From: Octopus vulgaris
Taxonomy: Eukaryota
DNA: 64,000 nt
NCBI GenBank assembly: GCA_951406725.2
Contig: OX597815.1
Location: 165,168,001 to 165,232,000, forward strand
Direction: 5' to 3'
Positions 54,202-64,000 of this stretch are shown piece by piece. A program made the position numbers and the translations under genes. Position 1 is the first letter of the stretch; each line of letters begins with the position of its first letter. The notes under the pieces were generated by a model. That model was given only the letters and a program-made list of their open reading frames with translations. It searched no databases and was not told where the DNA came from.

Positions 54202-54720
54202 CATCATCATCATTGTTCGACCGTGGTCGAGACAATGGAATTTACCATGTTGCGCCAGACTTCACGGTCCATCATAGCATTACGGAGGTCCTGTTGCTGG
54301 ATGCCTGTATCCCTGGAGATTACATCAGGGTAGGAGAGTGTGCGCCCTCTGGTGTTGCGAGTAGATGGCTTCCAGAGGAGAAGAGTAGAAATTACTTCTT
54401 TTTCAGCTCTACAACAATGTCCAGCAAACTGGACTCTCCTACCCTTCACAAGAGATGACACAGGTGGTAATTTCCCATATATTTGCATTTTAGTTGGATG
54501 GCGCCTCCACGAGAGATTTTGAGCTCTCATAAGGAGGCGAGTGTAGGTTCCATCCAACCGCCTCTCAAGCTTCTTTGATAACGTCCAGGTTTCTGAGCCA
54601 TATAGTAGGATTGGTTCGACTGTGGCTTTGAATATTTCAAGTTTGAAGTCTCTACTTAGATTTGATGACCAGATCTTATGCATGTCATTACAGGCTGACC
54701 AGGCCATACCCTTTCTAGTT
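54202..54720 (-). mobile_element. 5'-truncated RTE-like LINE 3' end
   Basis: Open frame AWSACNDMHKIW..ATVEPILLYGSETWTL..FAGHC..; (GAT)n tail; 8-bp TSD aatggaat (54194-54201 / 54721-54728). Confidence 0.88.
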
Positions 54721-57700
54721 AATGGAATGGTGTGTAATACAGGGGTTGTTATTGAGTGAACTCAAGTTCTCTCTGCTTTAGCCAGATAATTCAGAGAAGA
54801 TTGAAAACTGTCCGAAAACATGATAAAACAAAGCCAATGCTGATATCAATATGCAAAATCAACAGCACGATCCTCTTGTTTAAAATGACATTCATCTTGA
54901 ATCATAGTTTGTTCGTGGAGTTGCTATGAATGTTTTGTTGCTCAGACATATTCTTACTTCGTGAAAATTTATTTTAAAACCAAGATATGTAAGTCTCTCA
55001 TTAGCTGTTATAATTTTTTTTTTCTTTTCTATCTCTCAAATAATCGACATTTATTTGATAAATGTAGGCCCACAATCAACTCTCGAAATCTTACTGAGGA
55101 AAGACAACAAGCTAGTTAAGACAAAAACAAAACCAAAAAAAAAAAAAAAAGCAAAAAACAGGGCAATATTTTTTTTTATCTATGTTCCGTTTAATTGAAC
55201 ACTTAGCTTAAGAGGAAATAAAAAATCATTCTAGCTGAAATATTTTCGAAATAAATGGCATTAGCAATGTATTCGCTGTTTTATATATCGTAGCAATTCT
55301 GTCCTTTTGCTCCAACCATAGTTAGAACTATTTTGATAGCAAACTACTCATCCGTTGGCTTTGTTATCCTACATTGCATGTAGTAGTTAAGTCACCGCCG
55401 CTTTTTGGAGCTAAACGGCTAAACTGGTGAATTTAGAAAATAAATTCTGGGCATACTCTGCTGAACGCAACAATGTTTACAGTAAAATTCTAGTTTTCCA
55501 TCGGCATTTGTTATGTTTTTGCATGTGTGCTATGAGTTTATGCACATAAGCATTAATATAGCTGTTTCAATAAAGATGATGACCAAAAAAAAAAATCCAA
55601 ATAAATTTTCGAAGCTCTTAAAGTACTGGAATACTTTTTGTGTGAATTTCTGAGATGTATAATTATCATTATTTATTCATTGTATAATTATCATTATTTA
55701 TCCATTGATATATTTAGACTAGTGTTCTCATCTTGTTTTATTATAGTCACAACCGGAGCTTCTTCGTTCATCAAAATACTCAACAACCAAGACGAGGACA
55801 CTTGTCCGAAAATATCAGTGTATAACTACTGTAGAATATATTACACGATCACTCTCAGTAAAACTCATAGATAATGATGTGGTTTGAAAACTACTTATTG
55901 TTGTATATATATATTGAAGATGTTTGTAAATTTGTTTAGAGTTACTATGACTAACTGGTATTTACAACACACTCCAGAGATTCTTACAAAAGTCGTTTTG
56001 CAGTTGCTATCTGTGTATTGAGATCAGCAGCAGCCGACTGCGTTATTGATTGAATCAAAGTAGAAATTGTAAATAGCAGAAGCAAGCATTTCATAGTTTA
56101 ATGTTTCATCAAATTTAGGTCAATTTATTGATCGAGAACGATGGAGATTTTTAGGACTTTCCAAACTTTAATAAAAAATTAAGACTGATGGAAATAATGA
56201 TAAACATTTGAAAAGTAGCAATAGACAAATATAAATTATTCATAGTTCTTTTTTTTTTACTTTTAATTGCATTTACATGCATTCTCATCTTGGTTGTTGA
56301 GCAATTTGATGAGTAGCTCTAGAAGTAACTATACGCATGAACACATGTAATTTAATTGGTGATATAATAAAACTGAAATGCTGGTTGGTAGTGCAAGCAA
56401 TTATAGTCGAACGAAAGCTCAGAAGTATTAAAAGCAAAGCGATATTGGACCAATAAAATAAATAACAGTAATATAGTAAGGCTTAAAAAATTAGATTCTT
56501 TCAACATTATCTCTGGCCTCGCCTTGGTGAATGTTTTTACGTTCCATCCGAAAAGGAAGATGGAGCTGCAGAGAAGGTGTCTGTCAGAGTGTACGTACAA
56601 AAAAAGATGGATGCGTGTTGCACGGATGCTGGGAATGAAAGGCCCTGCGTGAACACGCTGTAAGGACTTCCAAAAGGTTGTCGGTTAAAAAGACAAGGCT
56701 CGTGGGGTCGAGTACACTTGTTTTGTAATTTTGTAATTTGTGTTTCATTCGTTTTTATAATCATTTTTATATAAAATTTTATAATCCCATTCGATGTACA
56801 TGACACCCCATATCATGTTGTATTGTCCCCTTCTATGTTGGCCCTTTATGGGCAATAAAGAAAAGAAAAAAATTAGAATCTGTTTGAGTCTGTAAGCGTA
56901 TAGGCTGGCGTTTATTCCGGTTTTAGCGAATGAAAGTGTGAAACTACCTCTCCGTTCACTGAACGGGATGTCAATCCATCGCAAGGCTAACCCGTAGCTG
57001 TGTTCATTTCCATTTAGGTTCATTAAAAAAAGAAAAGGCATCCTCACCCCGACAAAAAATCAACCACAATCTACTACTTCATTGAAAGTATAATATCCTA
57101 CTCCTAAGCATTAGAAATATATTTATTTATTTATACTTTGTATATTAGCTCTTATTTATTTAACACATACTTTAGTGGATTTTTCTTAAAAGTAATTCAG
57201 TAAAATTGTTGGTAGTTTTACCGGTCCAAGAAGAATGAAAAGCAAAGTAAAATTTTAAAATTGAAGGATGGAATTAAATAGTTCACCGTTCTTCAGCTAC
57301 AGTTACCTTTACTCAGCTTAAGTCATATGTATATAGATATACATATATATGTGTGCGTGGTGAGTAAGAATTTGTATTGGTAAATATAAAGACAAAATTG
57401 TCAGTGTCAGTCGAGAAGATACATTTGTAAAAATATTTAAATTTCCAGAAAAAGATATTTAAATTTATGAAATGTATTTAAATTAGCTATCTAAATTAGA
57501 TATTTAAATTAGATATTTAAAATAATCGACACAACGTAGAAAAGCTTAGCTATAAGCTGGGGGATTAAACTAATTATTCGCTTTGTTTTCCTGTCAGGCA
57601 GCCGTCATCTAACTCCCGTGTTGTAACTACAATGTCATGAACTTGCCAACTGAATCTTAACGAGCTGTTGATGTCTCATTCGCTTGTTTTCATATTTAGT

Positions 57701-58720
57701 GTGAAATCTAAGAAAGAAATATGAAGAAACTCGATGGGAAAATCTCATGAACACCATGGAAGTAATCCATTAAGTTATAGCCCCTGTCATAACTGACGTG
57801 TATCAAATATAATTATTGATGTTCTACATTATGAGTAATGATATAGCAACATTAAATTTATCAAGTTGTAATTGCACATTGCTACTTACATTCTTATTTA
57901 CAGTTAGTATTTAATATGTAAAAGCTAATTTTCTAAAACACTAATTAGTTTCTTTCATGTAAATAGCACCAATGAATTATTTATTCTCTAAACAATTCTA
58001 ACCAATGTGCACAAACACGACCTCGTATATTTACTTTAATGATTCTTGCATCGTTTCTTTCTTTGGCAGGTACAGTAAAAGGTCGATGTTAAACATACTT
58101 AGTATAGCGAATTTAGACATTTTAATTAATTGGAACTAAACTGCTGCGAGCGGAAACAGTCATTAGAAAAATGGTAATTTCCGGTCAAGTAAAACGAAAG
58201 AGAAAATCCATCAAAATTTGAATCAATTAAAATTTATTAAAAATAAAATATAAAGAGTTCGGTTCATTGACTAATTTTTCTCTAATTTTTCTCTAATTTT
58301 TTCTCTTTACTTAGTTATTTCTAGGTATGATTTTTGGTATAATTAGGCATTTAATGCTCCACGAATTAAATTCAGGTATACCTCCATGTACATGGTTTCG
58401 AGTTACGCATTTTTCACCTTTAAGTCGTATTTTAAAAAAATCAACGGTCAAAATAAACTTCAGCTGATTTATCTGACTTTGTGTCGATCTCAGCTAACAT
58501 TTAAAAATTATTAAAATTAAGCACGCACACACGTACACACACACACACACACACACACTAAAATGGAAAATAAAATAAAATACACGTACAAATATGTAGA
58601 AATTATTTATTAAAACAAATATAGGCTAACATTTTTTTAAATGCCAAGTTCTTTTACACTGTTTCTCGAGTCAAATCTCATGACTTGGAATCGAATACAG
58701 GTGTGAGGTATGCTCGTATC

Positions 58721-58930
58721 TTGGTTTCAAATTTTAGCCGAAAGCCAGTAACTTCGGAGGAAGAGGGAAGTCGATTACATCGACCCCCAGTACTCGACTG
58801 GTACTTATTTTATCGATCCTGAAAGGATGAAAGGAAAAGTCGACCCCGGTAGCATTTGAACTCAAAACGTAAAAACGATCGAAATATCGCTAAGCATTTT
58901 GTCCGGCTTGCTAACGATTCTGTCAGCTTG
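58721..58930 (-). mobile_element. SINE family B-related copy
   Basis: Homologous to 49150-49315. Confidence 0.8.
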
Positions 58931-60242
58931 TTGTTTTGGTATGCCAATATATTATTACTAAATTAACTGTAATTCATTCTACGTTATTTTGAATAGCAAT
59001 GCATTCGATGCTTGTGTTGTTCTGTTACGAATGATTTATTTCTTACGTTTATATTTATATAGATAGATCAACAAAATTCTTAAACGTAATAAGATACATT
59101 ATACGATTTCTCTCACAGAAAAAGATAGAAAAAATAACGATATGACGATATCATTTGAATTTCTTCTTCCTTTTTGTATATTTCAAGATTGTTATTGATT
59201 TATTTTGACTATTGCTCAAGGACCCTATGTTTCAGTAGTGAGAAAATGGGAAATTATAACTATCATATCTTTTTCAAGGACGTGTTGTAGAAGTGAAACA
59301 ACTTCAGCCATTATCGTATTGCTTGCAACTTAATTATTTGCTCTACAGCTATTGTAGTGTTTTTGTATAAAAACACAGAGAATTTATTTATATCAATAGA
59401 AATGGGATATTGTGGTGATAATGTATTTCTTGCTTTTGTTATTTACCTCTAAGTCAAACAACCTATGACCAAAGGCTTTCCAACAGCGGCCATCCAATAT
59501 ATTTTTAGGAACATCTAGAACTACATTTTATAATAGTTACAAATGTTGATACTGTCTAAGGACGATAGACTATTATGTAAGAGAGATCTGACGGCTATTT
59601 TTTGCCACCGAGTGGACTTATGGAGGGTCCATCGTTGTATTATCAACATAAGTGAAACTTGAAACTAAAAACGAGCAGCGAATTCTGTTAAATTAATGCT
59701 GCATTCTCATTTTCATTAGGTAATCAAAAGATTCTCAACTGAGTGGACTAGGATGATGCGACAATCATCCTTTTCTCAAAAGTACTTGTAATTTAACATG
59801 AATGGAATATTTGAAAATGGAACTTGGTCGTAGAATCACGCCGCCTAGAATTAAAACCAATTTTACAATATTCGCGAAGACTAGTCATGGACAAACTGCG
59901 GTTCACAGGACTTCCTGAGTAGTACGCCTAACGCGGTATTTTCAGTTCCTGAAAATAAGAGGTGGTGGTGATGACATGAATGCTTGTCACTATAAGCCTG
60001 TTCGATTTGAACCAACTTGTAAATAAACAGCGATAACTGATTTCCTTAGAGGCATAAGACTTGTCAAATTTTTAAAAAGGAAACTGCGTGACATTGATGC
60101 TTTTCTGCTGAGTATGAAAGATATATAATTGATATGAAAAGTATACAGATTATTTATGAGGCAGCAAAACCAGTAATAGAATAGCGCTTATATATAAATA
60201 CATACATACATACATACATACATACATACATACATACATACA

Positions 60243-60356
<114 letters not shown>

Positions 60357-60414
60357 TACATATATATATGTATTATGTGTGTGTGCGCGCACGTGTGTGT
60401 ACATACACTGACAC

Positions 60415-60453
<39 letters not shown>

Positions 60454-60655
60454 AACGACAATCATCCCTTCATCAATCAATCCATTCAAACTTACACATA
60501 CACACACACACGTACATATATATATAATATATATATACATGTATATATGTATAAAGATATATATATATATATATGTATGTATATATGTATAAAGATATAT
60601 ATATATACACATACATGCAAATATATATACATACATACAAACATACATATATATA

Positions 60656-60758
<103 letters not shown>

Positions 60759-61329
60759 GCAGATATTTTAAACCACTGGCGATTTTCACTAAGGGATAAT
60801 ACGTATAAACAACTTTTGCCTCTGAAACGGGAAACGTTTCATAGTAACATTTTTTTTTTGTTTCTCTGGAGAATAAATATATTTTTTTTCTTTTAAAAAA
60901 ATATTTTTTGTATAGTCAAATGAATAAATTAGTATATTACATTCGTTATTCATTAATATTTGCAATTTTCAAGAGCCAGCCTATGATCTATCTGTCTGAC
61001 AGATATTAAAAAAAAAGTTACCACGAAGAGTTCAATCACATGCGAAATATCAGTTGAACTACAACCATAGTAGCAAGGAGTAAAATTAAAATAAAACAAA
61101 AACAAAAAAAAGCAGCTGAATTAATTTGAAAAATGCAAATATTTCCTAAAAATGACACGCACCAACTGACGTCATAACTAAGCAATGAAGTTGTCTAGAG
61201 ATAACTAGAAAGGAGAACCACACGCTAACATACAACACCCACGACTAAAAGTTGTAAAAAAAAAGCATTCGCCCCTTGCTCTCCGGTCACCCGTTCAATC
61301 TATCCGATTCATCAAAAACGAAAGTAAAA

Positions 61330-62575
61330 CTACAACGATGACTACGACAACCACCACTCCTATGACGACGACGACTACGGCATCGGCGAAAATACTCTTA
61401 ACAATAACAAATGCAAGCATGAAATTTGTTTTTGCTATTTCGTTATGAATCAATATATTGCAATGTCTTCCCGCCACTCACATACACACCTAACGCCTAC
61501 AACAGTCATATTTATAACTAACCAACCAGCATCATCATCAGCATCATCATCATCATCAGCAGCAGCACCACTAACAACATCAACACAAGAACCAACATGG
61601 AGAACAGATGTAATAATACGACTACAACATCTGCTGGTGCTCCTATCACCACCACCACCGTCGTCACGTTCACGTTCACGATGATGATGATTAACATCAT
61701 GATCGTCGTCGTCGTCGTCATCATCATCATCATTGTCGCCGCCGTCGTCGTCGCCACGACAACAGCTTCATCACAACAAAAAAAATCCAGCCATGATTTA
61801 ACTACCTATCACCGGATCATTACCATTAACTATTTAAAACAACTAGTCCCTCGTCTTCACCATCACCAACAGCTGCAGCAGCAACAACAACAGCAACAGC
61901 AGCAGCAACAGCAGCAGCAACAACAACAGTAAACAATAACAACGACACCTAATACTACTAACTAATGCTTCCTTTAATTACTACGTTCATAACAAAACCG
62001 CCACTACTACAGTGACTGTCAATATCAATAAATATATTCATGATCACCACCACCACCATCATCACCACCACCATAATCAATTTATAACCATATCACCATC
62101 ATCACCATCTCTACCAGCAGCAGCAGCATCAGCAGCAGCTGAGGGCATCTGTAGGTGGTGGTTCAACCTGCTAGAAATAGCAGCCAAATAATATCTCTTC
62201 ATAATCACAAAGCAAACCGCCTTAAAAAAAATAGAGGAGACATTAGATAATGTGATCTTAGATAGACCTATATCTTTTAAAAATTGGGGATGGTCGCGGC
62301 TGGAATGTTTCGCAACACAGCTGGACTGGGATTTTATAAATAGTAAACAAAAACACGAAACACAGCACCACATCAACTTACAATCCTGTGACCACCACCA
62401 CCACCACCACCACCAGCAGCAGCAACAACAACAACTACAACAGCAACAATGACAATTCTATCAGCAGCAGCACCCCGCCCAACCACCACCACCACCACCA
62501 CCACCACCACCGCCGCCACCAGTGTTGCCTCCCCACCGCCGCGGCCGCCACCCCCATCATCATCATTATCAATAT
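61330..62575. repeat. Compound trinucleotide repeat field (CAT/CAG/CAA/CAC/CGT)
   Basis: Directly visible; the frames are interrupted by stops. Confidence 0.85.
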
Positions 62576-63231
62576 AATAGCCTGTTAGTATAGTAAAAAC
62601 AACGGCAGAGATGTTAAGAGGAAGTATAAAACAATTAGGTTAAACCCTCTGTTTATCTTTTTACTTATAATACTTCACTAAGCACTTGTAGACATAACTA
62701 TACAAGTAGTATAATACACCCACGTATACAGGCATGCATTGACACAAACACAAACATACGCATACACATATATACATGAATATAAATATGCACAGCCAAG
62801 CATTTTACTACAAGCTTCAAAGACGTCCCTCGGCTCGTTAGAAATAGTTGCAAAAATCCTTCATATATCAATCCTACAGTTTTGTATAAGAATTATTTCA
62901 AATTTTTACCACAAGGGCAGCTTGGAGAAGGTGGGGATAAGTCAATTACATTGGCCCTCAGTGTTCAACTGGTACTTATTTTATCGACCCCGAAAGGCTG
63001 AAAGGCAAAGTCAACCTCGACAAACAAGGACAGACAAACGGATTAAGTCGATTATATCGACCCCAGTGCGTAACTGGTACTTATTTAATCGACCCCGAAA
63101 GGATGAAAGGCAAAGTCGACCTCGGTGGAATTTGAACTCAGAACGTAGCGGCAGACGAAATACCGCTAAGCATTTCGCCCGGCGAACTAACGATTCTGCC
63201 ATCTCGCTACCTTAGTAACAGTAATAATGAT

Positions 63232-63266
<35 letters not shown>

Positions 63267-63269
63267 TAG

Positions 63270-63329
<60 letters not shown>

Positions 63330-63365
63330 ATAATAATAACAATAATAATAATAATAATAATAATT

Positions 63366-63740
63366 ACAACAATAGCACTCAGAGAGCGTAAACCTCCGCC
63401 AAAGCAACACCAACGTCCTCTCAACGATTAGCCGGAGATGATTTTTAAAATGAGAATATCTGAAATAAACTCGACTGCTCTAACAAACGAGAATACTAAA
63501 AATGAACCCGACTGCTCTCAAAAATTAAGTAAAAGAAAGAAAACGGAAAAACAATCCAGAATCATATTCCGGTACCGGATCGATCCCAACATCTTATTTG
63601 TTTGTGCCAGTCATAAGGTCAAACATTCCAGAAAATTTCATCCGAATCCATCCAGCGATTCTTGAGATATCTTGTCCACAGACAAATAAACAAACAAACA
63701 AACACAGCTGAAAACAATACCTTCGCTAAAGAGGAGATAA
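63366..63740. mobile_element. Helentron-associated (HINE/DINE-1-like) non-autonomous element
   Basis: acctccgccaaag near the left end and accttcgctaaagaggagataat at the right end, preceded by an (AAAC)n microsatellite. Classification is inferred. Confidence 0.45.
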
Positions 63741-63961
63741 TAATTCTTTCTACGGGAAGCACAAGGCCTCAAATTTTGGGGAAGGGATTTAAGTCGATTA
63801 CATCGACCCCAGTGCGTAACTGATACTTATTTAATCGACCCCGAAAAGATAAAAGGCAAGTCGATCTCGGCTGAATTTGAACTCAGAACGTAGCGGCAGG
63901 CGAAATACCGTCAAGCATTTCGTCCAGTGTTCTAATGATTCTGCCAGCTCGCGGCCTTCCC

Positions 63962-63998
<37 letters not shown>

Positions 63999-64000
63999 GC

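Noticed and set aside
61167-61205. CRE (TGACGTCA) plus X-box-like site as a promoter
   Set aside because: Short motifs expected by chance; the X-box spacer is non-canonical and no downstream gene is evident.
61445-62588. PolyQ/polyH transcription-factor-like ORFs
   Set aside because: Trinucleotide repeat field with stops in all frames and no domain.

Overview
Repeat-dense, AT-rich eukaryotic genomic DNA, most likely cephalopod (Octopus-like tRNA-SINE families, pervasive (TA)n/(CA)n tracts). I cannot support any intact host protein-coding gene; nearly all ORFs in the track are microsatellite or SINE read-throughs. Recognisable content: two decayed Penelope-like retroelement (PLE) GIY-YIG fragments, a full-length dead mariner, a Ginger-type integrase pseudogene, RTE-like LINE fragments, Merlin-like, hAT-like, Tigger-like and mariner MITEs, Helitron-like non-autonomous elements and at least four tRNA-derived SINE families. 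The main hidden signal is RNA-structural. About ten minimal type I hammerhead-ribozyme (HHR) motifs from several sequence-unrelated families are scattered through the window, mostly in short non-coding modules next to (TA)n tracts. Three modules are fold-back palindromes that turn at the ribozyme core, and one HHR sits downstream of a tRNA-like Pol III head (a ribozyme-tailed SINE). All structures were folded by eye and need computational and biochemical confirmation.
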